NCBI GenBank assembly: GCA_000002445.1
Contig: CH464491.1
Coordinates: 1,536,001-1,600,000 of the forward strand
Length of the DNA: 64,000 bases
Source of the DNA: Trypanosoma brucei
Lineage: Eukaryota
Direction: 5' to 3'
How positions within the stretch are numbered: position 1 is the stretch's first letter; the number at the start of each line of letters is the position of its first letter. Of the stretch, positions 11,537 through 20,997 are shown piece by piece. A program made the position numbers and the translations under genes. Under the pieces are notes generated by a model that was not told the origin of the DNA, did no database searches, and saw only the letters and a list, made by a program, of their open reading frames with translations.

Positions 11537-14227
11537 ATGAGTAGAGGGTGGTACGAGAATATACTCGCTTGTTGTTGTAATAAGGTGTTTCTTGCCAGTT
11601 GCGTGGCTACATCTTTCTTTCCCTTTTTATTCCTTTGGCAGGAGTGTCCATCGCCATACGTTGTGCTACTTTCGGTTCGCACGGACATGAAAAATCTTTC
11701 AATCTTCTCCGCAAGAAGGGATGACAGTCTCTCTGCTTTCTTTTGGACTGATTCTCTGATAAAATCCTGTGGGAATATCGGGAGCAGCGGGATTCATGCG
11801 TCGGTCACCTCCAAACAGAAAAAGAGTCCTGCAGCGAGTACGGATAGGAAGCGTCGCCGCTCAACTGAATTTTCCACTGAAACACTCCTGATCGCAGAAA
11901 CACCGGTGACAACTGCTTCGAAAAACACTGTTCTTACGCCCTCGGCTTCAAGAGCCCTCTCACCACCCGTTGCCAGTGGCCCTTCATGCGCTGAAATTTC
12001 GGTACGCGGTTTCGACGATGCTCTCAGCGTTAGTGAGGATTTGTTTGAGGGAAGGTTGGGGCCAGCCGTTGTTGACGTGGAGCTGGGTGAAAACACGTCT
12101 CTGATGAATGATGCGTCGGCGTTCTCTGCAGCACTGGCGGAAATAGACAGGGGAAGTGCAAGCGACGTGCAAAAACTGAACTCTTCCATTAAAGTTATGC
12201 TTCTTGTTGGTGGTGAAGCGTATTACGTATTTACGCCTCGTGACACGTTTTCTATTACCTTCTTAGCGAAACTGCTCGCTTCGGAGAATGTGACAAAGGT
12301 TTTGTTGAATGGACGACCTTTGTATCAATTACTATTTCGTTTTCTGGGTACAGATCGCATTGACGTGAGGAACCTTGTGGATCTTTCAGTTTGGGTACAA
12401 GTAATTGAACGTGTACGTGGACCTATTCATGCCGGAATCAAATGTGCTAACCCGAAAGAGGCTATGATGAAACTCCCAGAAAGTGTGAGAGCGCAAATCC
12501 AAACTCGGGTGAACAACTCGATGGTGGTACTGAGACATGGAGGTAGTTTGCCGGCAGATGGTCCGTTAAGACAGGGTGGTGGAGGTCAGAACATGCTTGA
12601 AATGCCCCCGCTGCCGTCAATAGGCTCTATTTCGGACTCGCAAATGGAGGATCGTCTTTGCTCTTCTATGGCCCTTCACGAGTATTATGAGAGCTTCGTT
12701 AAATCAGTTGATGACGACAACCCGAAGGTCTCATCTGTTTGTTCACTTCCTGCCGTTTGCCGCCTTGAAACTAGTGTAGCATTTTTGTGCGAAGTCATGA
12801 CATATCACGGTATGTTTGTGAGGAAGACTGCCTTTGAATTGATGACAAAGGATTTGGAGGATCAGATTGAAAAAATTAGTGACTATGGGAAGACCTTACT
12901 TGACGCAAGCCCATGTTCCAAGTATTCCGGAGGGTGTTTTAGCGTGAGGGAGGCAACGGCAGAAGTGATGGTTGATTGCTTGCGAGATACATACGGCTAC
13001 AATCTTTCCGTTAACGGCAGCTTTGACAAGCAACTCCAAAAACTTTATCGTGGCGCCGGCAAAGGAAATGAGTCGGGAAGAAAGTTGGCCCATGTATGGT
13101 TGGCTATTCGTGAGCGCACTGATTTTATGCGAACTCTCAGAAGCAACGTGGAAAATATGAATATGTTAGACCGCATCGTTGACGTTGCGACACAAGTTGC
13201 TTCGAACGAAGAGGATGAGGGTGCGAATGACTGCTCAGGCAGCGGTGGGAGTAGTGTGGGGAGTACAAAAAAAGCAGTCTGTTACTCTGTACATCCTCAC
13301 TGGGCCGTTCATCACACTTCGACGGGACGATTGTACTGTTCTCGACCCAATCTGCAAACTGTTCCCAAAACGGCACAAAAATGCACCTACGTAAGTCCCC
13401 TCACATCTGATTATGGGTTGTTGTTCACAAACCCTGAGTGGACAATGCGACACTTGTACGGTCCAGCACCTGGGTGCGTACTTCTTTCGTTCGATTTCAA
13501 CCAAATGGAGTTGCGCGTGTTGGCACATCTGAGCGGGGACGAGTTGCTCATTAAGCACTTGTCAAGTGAATACGACGTGCTATCAGCGATGACACGGCAC
13601 ATTACTGGTCTTAGTGATGATGAGCAGGTTCCGCCACACCTCAGAGAAACAGTCAAAGTTGTTGTCTACGGCTTATTTTACGGTATGGGCTTAGCGACAA
13701 TGAAGGAACGCGTGAAAATTTTGATGGACTCAGCACACTCAGTTCCGTCTAGTCAACGAAAATTTACCGCCGACACCTTACTACGTGCGTTTCATCAGCG
13801 TTACCCGGCTGCAGGAAAGTTTTTAACACGCGCACGCATCCGTGCGTTTCATGAGGCGCGTTGCGTTACCCTCACGGGTATCAACGACTTGTCGAGTGAG
13901 AAGGACGGCAATCGGCGAAGGCAGCACTCAATCGCTCGTATACTTCAGGGTAGTTCTTCCACGTTGTTTCAAAGTGCCATGGTGAAGGTTCACGAAAGGC
14001 GTCACGACATTGTTCCTAACCTACCTGCGGCCCCCTTCGCCCTTGTCTTGTGCATTCACGATGAACTCATATATTCTGTGGTTGAGGGGTACGTGGATGT
14101 TGTAGCAAGGAAAATAAAGGGGATAATGGTGGAGCAGGCGCAAGTATTTTCGTTGCGGGTCCCCTTACGAGTTTCAGTGAAGGTTGGAAAAACGTTCGGT
14201 TCACTCGAGAAACTTGATGTTCCTTAA
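11537..14227 (+). CDS. Family A (Pol I-like) DNA polymerase with a polymerase domain and no recognisable 3'-5' exonuclease motifs; Pol theta/nu-like or a kinetoplastid POLI-type. The track ORF starts at GTG 11486; the first ATG is at 11537.
   Basis: Motif A is SFDFNQMELRVLAHLSGDELL, motif B (O-helix) is RETVKVVVYGLFYGMG, and motif C is LVLCIHDELIYSV. The C-terminus aligns collinearly with Klenow, Taq and Pol theta palm and fingers. The N-terminal ~430 aa lack Exo I/II/III motifs. Confidence 0.8.
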   Translation: MSRGWYENILACCCNKVFLASCVATSFFPFLFLWQECPSPYVVLLSVRTDMKNLSIFSARRDDSLSAFFWTDSLIKSCGNIGSSGIHASVTSKQKKSPAASTDRKRRRSTEFSTETLLIAETPVTTASKNTVLTPSASRALSPPVASGPSCAEISVRGFDDALSVSEDLFEGRLGPAVVDVELGENTSLMNDASAFSAALAEIDRGSASDVQKLNSSIKVMLLVGGEAYYVFTPRDTFSITFLAKLLASENVTKVLLNGRPLYQLLFRFLGTDRIDVRNLVDLSVWVQVIERVRGPIHAGIKCANPKEAMMKLPESVRAQIQTRVNNSMVVLRHGGSLPADGPLRQGGGGQNMLEMPPLPSIGSISDSQMEDRLCSSMALHEYYESFVKSVDDDNPKVSSVCSLPAVCRLETSVAFLCEVMTYHGMFVRKTAFELMTKDLEDQIEKISDYGKTLLDASPCSKYSGGCFSVREATAEVMVDCLRDTYGYNLSVNGSFDKQLQKLYRGAGKGNESGRKLAHVWLAIRERTDFMRTLRSNVENMNMLDRIVDVATQVASNEEDEGANDCSGSGGSSVGSTKKAVCYSVHPHWAVHHTSTGRLYCSRPNLQTVPKTAQKCTYVSPLTSDYGLLFTNPEWTMRHLYGPAPGCVLLSFDFNQMELRVLAHLSGDELLIKHLSSEYDVLSAMTRHITGLSDDEQVPPHLRETVKVVVYGLFYGMGLATMKERVKILMDSAHSVPSSQRKFTADTLLRAFHQRYPAAGKFLTRARIRAFHEARCVTLTGINDLSSEKDGNRRRQHSIARILQGSSSTLFQSAMVKVHERRHDIVPNLPAAPFALVLCIHDELIYSVVEGYVDVVARKIKGIMVEQAQVFSLRVPLRVSVKVGKTFGSLEKLDVP

Positions 14228-14453
14228 GTAACGTTGCTACGTTCTCACAATCGGCCTATAAATGCACAGCATTGACTGTGCGTTCTCACCGTCTCTTACC
14301 GATTTATGGTTTAAAACTAATCATCTTTTGTGTGTACACTTCACCAACATCTATATATACATATATCCCTTTCAGTGAACAATCACTTGTGTATATGCGC
14401 ATATGGGTAGAATAATGGAAAAGAGTTCGTTTGTTTTGCGGTCTCGTACTTCG

Positions 14454-14486
14454 TTGTTCCTTTTGTTGTTGTTGTTATTGTTGTGG
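14454..14486. repeat. (TTG)n trinucleotide repeat, imperfect, intergenic.
   Basis: Direct reading: ttgttccttttgttgttgttgttattgttgtgg. Confidence 0.8.
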
Positions 14487-15039
14487 GGAAACAATGGTAC
14501 CTTTGATGTTTCCTTTCACTTGTCCTTTTGAGTCACGGGGTAGAAGAAACGAAGTGAGTAGAGACTGAGAATATTTCATCGACTGTTCACGCGTACAGGG
14601 TTGAAATAAAAGGAATAATCCCTTTTTCCTTTGTTTCTTCTTTCCTACATAACATCCGTTTTCATTGTGTGTGTCTGTGTGTGTGTGTCAGCTCAGTTGT
14701 GGTATTGACAAAGGATTGGAACAGAAACAGGAATGACAACACTAGTGGGTTACTATAACAACGGACCGAAGTACATTGCAGGGGAGTTGTCCTTTTATTC
14801 ATTCATCCCCAATATATATTTTTAGATTTTTTCACCTCTCACACATCTTTTGTGAACAAGATCATGGATGCGATTCACCAACATGTATTATCTGTTTCTT
14901 ATTTTTTGTTTATCCGACTTTTAACGAAAAACTTTACATGAAACACTAAAAAAAAAATGCAATACGAGAGGCGGAAGAAATATCGTTGGAGGAAGTAGGA
15001 GCGACAGAAGAAAATTTAATAGGAAGGCTCTACAGCCAA

Positions 15040-17298
15040 ATGATGCCAGTATTCGGCCCACCCCCCTCGCCGGTGGTAATGGGACCGGCCCCACCACCAG
15101 CCACACATCCACCACGTAATCCCATTTACAACAGCGTTTTTGGGGCGTTTTTGTCAGAGCAACAAAAACAAGCAGTTTCACCATTACCGAGCCCCAACAG
15201 AATGCCCTTTTCAAACTTCACCCTAGGGGGTCCTGAGAATTCCGGAACCAAAGCGGAAGTAACGGGAAGTGAAATTTCAAAGCCAGTATTTGCTGCTCCC
15301 TCTGCCACACCAACACTGTGGCTGCAAACGGACACCGATGTCGGGATGCCTGCAGGTATTGATCGTGCCCTACCGGCTGTCAGAATGGGAACCACGAACA
15401 CGAGTTTCCCACCAGTGTTCACCACACAAAGACCGCAGACAGCCGGCGCCTCTGGTGGTGGGTTTCTGCTCGGTGCAGATAGTGGCCCGACTCCAGCCAA
15501 AACAGGCGCTGGTTCTCCTGAAGCAGATATGAATGCATCGACAAGAATGGTCTCACCAAAGCCTTCCATCTTCACTAGTCCTCCCTTTTTGAAGGGGAAA
15601 CCGTTGATGCCTCAAATCACGCAGAAACATACGGGTGGTGACGCCTCATCAACTTCGATTCTTGGGGCGAATAGGCCTTCGGTGTTTTCTTCCAAAAGGA
15701 ATTTCAGTTCGATGGAAGTTTCCGGACGCTCCCCCACTCTAAAACCAGTGGTGGCCGGAGCCGGCTCTGTTTTTGCCGACGCGAAACGTGTGAGGGGTGA
15801 AACCCTCGAGTGTGGGAAAGGCGTGGACGCAGCGTGGTCCGCATATGGGCCACAACAAAACGGTGGAGGTACTTTTTCTGCTGCTGCGGTCCGATCGCCG
15901 GCACCAACTGGCACTTCAGTATCTCTTTTCAATCGCAGTTCGCAGATGCAGAAGCAGCACGGTGGCGGTAACACGGCAAAAATCATGAAGGTCGTACGTG
16001 TCTTTTCATCGTTTATGATAAATGTAATGAACGCCGATGAGGCACAGCGTGAAGTGGTGGAAGAGTTCATCGAAGAGGCCTTCTTTGGCACAGTGGAATC
16101 TCACGATGTGGATAATTTTCCAGCAGCCCTACGGCAGTTACAGTCCGCATGGATCGCGCTAAAGGGAAGTCAGTCACAACTGAAGGGAGAGCGATGGGTT
16201 GTGCTTTTTGCTCTCGGTTCTCACCTGAACGTTGTTACCCGAACCATCCAAAAGGAGGAGGAAGTGAACGGTAACGAAGAGAAGGAAGGGACGAAGGTGT
16301 TAGGTGGAGCTGTTCGTCATGATATTTGGAATGTTTTGTCGGACAGCTGTACACACGCGAATCTTTTGTGTGAGATTTGTCTGCAGCTATTCTCCAACCA
16401 GCGCGACAATCACGTGCCTTACTGCATCCTCCCTATTGTACTACGTAGGGCACGTAGCGTATTTGAACTCGCATGTAACAATGGCGTTTCCACGGTCCAG
16501 TCTAACATGAGGTCTGTGCTTCTTAAACTTCATCGGTACGTCCGCGTGGCACCACCGAAGCGACAGTTATCCACTGTTGTCGAAAAACAGCGCGCCGTTG
16601 CATTCGCCGCACTACTCAGTGAAATGATGCTTTACGGATCTGCCCCACCAGAGAGCAGCGCCTTCGTTGAGGCCTTTCATCAGCATTGTATGGACGCGGT
16701 AAAAATTAGGTGCGCGTTATACCGCCATTGTGCTGATAACCTTCTACAAGAACCTCTTACTGATTCCATTATCGTTCAAGCGATGGAACTTTTGGCACGC
16801 GCCTTTGTTATTGTTGATGATGAAGCTATAGAAAATAAGCGAATGTTGTTTGTGAAGCTCACAGCCTGTGCGTTGGCACTGGGTCGCGTTCCAGTTGCTG
16901 ATTTCCAGCAAGCATTTGTTGCTACTGGTCTTGAAGATTTGATCGTTGCTGTGCGTAGTTGCAACATTCGTCTCTTTAATGTTGCAATGAGGAACAATTC
17001 AGAGCTTTACGTGCGGTGTGGTATCCACAATGTATTGCAGTTTGTGTCAAAGCGTATATCACTTCTGATGGTTGTGAAGTATTATTCAACGTGTTTCTCT
17101 GATCGCATTCAAGTGCAGGATATGATTGATTATTACCAGCTGCCGTACAATGTTTCGGAAGGGTGCAATGTGTGGTTACTTCCTCTTCTGGTCGAGAAAC
17201 GTATAAATGGTGTGATCGAAAGTGGTGTTCTCATTCTCAGTAACGCGAATCCGTTTGACGACTACAGTAAGGATGCAATTCGCGCTTTCGTTGAATAA
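15040..17298 (+). CDS. Conserved hypothetical protein with an N-terminal Pro-rich low-complexity region carrying degenerate xFG/xxF repeats and a C-terminal alpha-helical domain; possibly nucleoporin-like. Track start is TTG 14986; the first ATG is at 15040.
   Basis: The N-terminal ~330 aa are rich in P/S/G/T/A with repeats SVFGAF, PVFAAP, GGFLLG, SVFSS, SVFADA, GTFSAAA and VSLFN. The C-terminal ~420 aa are predicted helical. No enzymatic motif. Confidence 0.4.
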   Translation: MMPVFGPPPSPVVMGPAPPPATHPPRNPIYNSVFGAFLSEQQKQAVSPLPSPNRMPFSNFTLGGPENSGTKAEVTGSEISKPVFAAPSATPTLWLQTDTDVGMPAGIDRALPAVRMGTTNTSFPPVFTTQRPQTAGASGGGFLLGADSGPTPAKTGAGSPEADMNASTRMVSPKPSIFTSPPFLKGKPLMPQITQKHTGGDASSTSILGANRPSVFSSKRNFSSMEVSGRSPTLKPVVAGAGSVFADAKRVRGETLECGKGVDAAWSAYGPQQNGGGTFSAAAVRSPAPTGTSVSLFNRSSQMQKQHGGGNTAKIMKVVRVFSSFMINVMNADEAQREVVEEFIEEAFFGTVESHDVDNFPAALRQLQSAWIALKGSQSQLKGERWVVLFALGSHLNVVTRTIQKEEEVNGNEEKEGTKVLGGAVRHDIWNVLSDSCTHANLLCEICLQLFSNQRDNHVPYCILPIVLRRARSVFELACNNGVSTVQSNMRSVLLKLHRYVRVAPPKRQLSTVVEKQRAVAFAALLSEMMLYGSAPPESSAFVEAFHQHCMDAVKIRCALYRHCADNLLQEPLTDSIIVQAMELLARAFVIVDDEAIENKRMLFVKLTACALALGRVPVADFQQAFVATGLEDLIVAVRSCNIRLFNVAMRNNSELYVRCGIHNVLQFVSKRISLLMVVKYYSTCFSDRIQVQDMIDYYQLPYNVSEGCNVWLLPLLVEKRINGVIESGVLILSNANPFDDYSKDAIRAFVE

Positions 17299-18089
17299 GC
17301 AAGTTTCAAGATTAGATCAGCATGTGACGACGACCCGTAGTTCACGCACCGCTCCTTTTCTGCTCCCCTCCTCACCGTAAGTGAGCGTGTATGGGTTGGG
17401 CGAGAAAAAAAAGACAATTAAAAGGTATGCGTCCTCTCCCGTTGAAAGGAAGGGTAGGGGCTACCTAAAGTTTCTACAGCTTAGCACCACAGCAGCGAGG
17501 AGTTTACTTCAACAACAACTCTAACTACTTTTTGCAACATTATGAGTGTCCGCTATATGGATATTATAAAAAGGAAAGTTGTGGAATGGCGAGTTGTGGC
17601 ATATCGGACGATACGTTTATGTCCAAGCTTTCACTGAGCTGCGGTGGACTTCATGTTTTTGGGTCATATCCATTTGTGTTATCCACCTCTAACTGGTCAA
17701 TGGGGATATGGGTTGTGTGGCTCCTTCCAACTTTTACTTTCTTACTTCGTACAATTTGTATAGGCGTTTGCCTTCCCTAACGTTATTATAACATCTCCTC
17801 CTTATCTTTTTTTTGTACTCTTGCCTTCGCTGCACCGTGGTGGTGGGGGTATTGTTCTTCCGCCTACTCGATATGGTGAATTTACGCGATGCACGTGTAT
17901 GCGAACCATTTCTTAATTAGAACGTGAACACACACCGAAAAGAGAGCGTAGCACTCATACACTTTTCCTGTTAGGTGGGTAGGAGGTATCAAGTGGGCGA
18001 GAAGCGTCCCTTGCGATCGTTTTGTGTGTGGTTGTGGAACTCGTGTTTAATTTTGCACAGGAAACGTACTTTAGTGGTTAGTGGAGCAG

Positions 18090-20402
18090 ATGGAATCGGA
18101 TGCGGGTGTGGTGCAAGTAACCAACTTCCGGGGCGGCTTCACCGGAGAGGATGATTTGAACAACGGTGAACGTCAGCAGGATGAGGCAATCGACTTAAAG
18201 CTCATTTTCAAAGAATTTGTTGAACGGTTTCGTGTCCATAACGACCATTTATACATGGCTATGCTTCGAGGTAACCTTGCAGCAGGGCTTTTTTTTATGG
18301 AAGTGGAAATGTCACATATACAACAATTTAGCAGTGCTGTATTTAACGCAATTCTTTCAACGCCTACACGTGCACTACCATTATTTGAGCATGCTGTTTG
18401 GGAGCTAGCGCAGGAACACAAGCTACTACCACCGCTAAGTCGTCGCAGTAGTATACAGCTTCAACTGTATTGGGGGGTACCACCCACTCCGCTACGCCTA
18501 CTTGCTCAAGCCTCTGTTGCTCGTTTGGTATGTGTAAGCGGCATTGTTGTTAAGGTAAGTGCCTGTCATGCCCGATGTGTACGTGCCGCTATCCAGTGCA
18601 CGAGTTGTAGCAGTAAAACATACATCAATGGTGGGAGAAGCGTCGACTTACCTCCGCATTGCTTAGAGAATGGTGGTCGTGGGACGGCGACCGGCGGCGC
18701 AGGGTTTGGAGGCGGAGTTGGACAGCGTAAATGTAGACCAAACCCGTACACACTGCTCCCTATGGAGTGTGAATACGAGGACCAGCAGATCATAAAAGTG
18801 CAAGAACTTCCGGAAGATGTCCCAACTGGTGAGTTGCCACGTCACGTAACGGTTGTTGTGGACCGGTACTTGGTTGACCGTGTGAGTCCAGGGTCTCGGG
18901 TGCAGATTGCTGGCATTGTCTCCGTGCAGGAGAAGCGCGGGGGTGTGGAAGGAGGTGGTAGAAAGGGAAGTAAAGGGACACGTGCCGCTGCGGGACTTCG
19001 TGCTCAATACCTTCGGTGCGTCGGTCTCATGTTCATCACTGCGAAGGACGGTGGAGCTTCCGTTCAAAGCGTCAATCAGAACTTTTCCTCTCGGGTCCGC
19101 TCTCAGTCGCGAATGGCGTGGCAGGTGGAGGAAGAAGCAGCATTTCAACGCTTCGCAGAGCAGGGTGATGTGTACGAGCGACTTGCACAAAGCATAGATC
19201 CCGCTATCTTTGGTTTGCAAGACCAGAAGAAGGCGATTGTTTGCCTTTTGTTTGGTGGTACGAGGAAACGACAGGGTAGTAATTATTTACGTGGTGATAT
19301 GAATGTGCTCTTTATCGGGGATCCTTCCACAGCGAAGTCGCAACTACTCAAGTTCACAGAAAAAGTAGCCCCGATTGGTATATATACATCCGGTAAGGGA
19401 AGTAGTGCAGCTGGTCTAACAGCATCTGTCATATCTAGTGGAAATGGTGACTTTGTGCTCGAAGCAGGTTCGATGGTGCTTGCGGATGGGGGTGTCGTTT
19501 GCATTGATGAGTTTGACAAAATGAGGGAGCAGGACCAAGTGGCGATCCATGAGGCTATGGAACAGCAGACTATATCCATTGCTAAGGCTAACCTCACGAC
19601 GATGCTTAACAGCAGGACGAGCGTATTAGCAGCTGCCAATCCAACGTTGGGTAGTTACGATCCGCTTCGATCAAATGAAGACCAAATGGACTTTCAGAGT
19701 TCCATCCTTTCTCGCTTTGACCTCATTTTCAAGGTAATTGACCCACGTAACCCCGAAGTTGATAATAAACTCGCGCAGCACGTGATCAATCTACATAAAG
19801 GGGGTAGTGCTCGTCATTCACATAGTACGACAACAGCAGTTGTTGAACGTTCTTTCTTCACAAAATATATCTCATACGCCAGAGCTACTCGTCATCCCCG
19901 TATTTCAGAGGACGCCATGTCTGTGCTGCTAGACTTTTACGTTCATGTTCGTCGTGAGGCACATCAGCAAACCCTCGATGCATTGTCCAACTCCGGTGGG
20001 ACGAAGGCTCAGACTCCTATCATTCAAGTAACTGCGCGCCAGCTGGAGAGTCTTGTGCGAATAACGGAGTCCATGGCTCGCATGCGTCTCGATGTACTCG
20101 CCCACCGCGCAGATGCGGAAGAAGCTATACGACTCTTTAAGTCAGCGACGGTGGATGCAATCAAGAGTGGTGTGAGTGATCAAAGTATGACCGCTGCTCA
20201 AAGTGAATTAGTTCTCCGTATTGAGGATGCGTTGCGAAGGCGGGTAGCACTCGGCGCAACGGTGGAACATAGCCGACTAATGTCGGAGATGGCTCGCGTC
20301 GGTTTCGATGTGAAGCTTGTGGAGCGTGCCATCTATGCAATGATGAAGCGCGAAGAATTGGAGTGGCGGAGGCAGCGCACCCAAATTCATCGGTTACGTT
20401 AA
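18090..20402 (+). CDS. MCM5: DNA replication licensing factor MCM5. Track start is GTG 18081; the ATG is at 18090.
   Basis: Walker A is LFIGDPSTAKSQLLKF, Walker B is VVCIDEFDKMREQD, the arginine finger is SRFDLIF, and the N-terminal zinc motif is CHARC..CTSCSS. There is MCM5-specific collinearity with human and yeast MCM5 (RLFKEFVERF, KCRPNPYTLLPMECEYEDQQIIKVQELPEDVPTGELPRH, C-terminal EEALRLFKSATVDAIKSG). Confidence 0.9.
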   Translation: MESDAGVVQVTNFRGGFTGEDDLNNGERQQDEAIDLKLIFKEFVERFRVHNDHLYMAMLRGNLAAGLFFMEVEMSHIQQFSSAVFNAILSTPTRALPLFEHAVWELAQEHKLLPPLSRRSSIQLQLYWGVPPTPLRLLAQASVARLVCVSGIVVKVSACHARCVRAAIQCTSCSSKTYINGGRSVDLPPHCLENGGRGTATGGAGFGGGVGQRKCRPNPYTLLPMECEYEDQQIIKVQELPEDVPTGELPRHVTVVVDRYLVDRVSPGSRVQIAGIVSVQEKRGGVEGGGRKGSKGTRAAAGLRAQYLRCVGLMFITAKDGGASVQSVNQNFSSRVRSQSRMAWQVEEEAAFQRFAEQGDVYERLAQSIDPAIFGLQDQKKAIVCLLFGGTRKRQGSNYLRGDMNVLFIGDPSTAKSQLLKFTEKVAPIGIYTSGKGSSAAGLTASVISSGNGDFVLEAGSMVLADGGVVCIDEFDKMREQDQVAIHEAMEQQTISIAKANLTTMLNSRTSVLAAANPTLGSYDPLRSNEDQMDFQSSILSRFDLIFKVIDPRNPEVDNKLAQHVINLHKGGSARHSHSTTTAVVERSFFTKYISYARATRHPRISEDAMSVLLDFYVHVRREAHQQTLDALSNSGGTKAQTPIIQVTARQLESLVRITESMARMRLDVLAHRADAEEAIRLFKSATVDAIKSGVSDQSMTAAQSELVLRIEDALRRRVALGATVEHSRLMSEMARVGFDVKLVERAIYAMMKREELEWRRQRTQIHRLR

Positions 20403-20997
20403 CATAGATATATAGATTACTTTTAATAGACCCTGCGCAACTGCGTCCTCCCATATTTACCTTCCTTAACTTCTTCTTACTTGGGTACCTTTTGCGAGTT
20501 AATCTTTTCAGTGTAGTAAAGAAACGTTTACTTTGCCTGACTCTTTCATTATGTAATAACCACCAATATCGGTAATGTAACTGGTAGTTGTTGCTAAGGC
20601 GCAAGTTTCAAGACCGTGAGGTGAAGCTGTTATTTCTGCTGAGATATAGTATGTGCCTCGTTTCTTAAAATCAACATTTACACAAATATATATATATATA
20701 TATTAACCTCTCAGAAGCGTGAACCAGCACACTAAGGCGCCTCTGATGCAGCCGTTCAACCAGTGGGATGGATTCAATATTATTGGGAGGTTTTTTTTTC
20801 ACTATATAGTATTACACAGCTGGTTTGTTGCACATTTACAAAAAAAAAGCACTTACTTTCTCTCTAATGTTAACTCGTTGCTTTCCATTTCTAATTTATC
20901 ACATCTAATGCATTATTGAAACGTTTTGTAAACAACAATTTGGTGTCAATCAAATGGGGGCGAAGCTTTACAACTTCTTCAACAGTATTAGTGGCGA

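Noticed and set aside
14986-15039. Upstream non-ATG (TTG, GTG, CTG) starts used by the ORF track for many genes (14986, 11486, 18081, 22616, 27138, 30446, 36752, 40817, 44645, 48429, 54279, 25408, 8785).
   Set aside because: Trypanosomatids initiate at ATG. In each case the first in-frame ATG restores a sensible N-terminus (for example MND1 MNKSAKKKGLS, MCM5 MESDAG), so starts were moved downstream. The residual uncertainty is in which ATG is used, not whether a non-ATG codon is.
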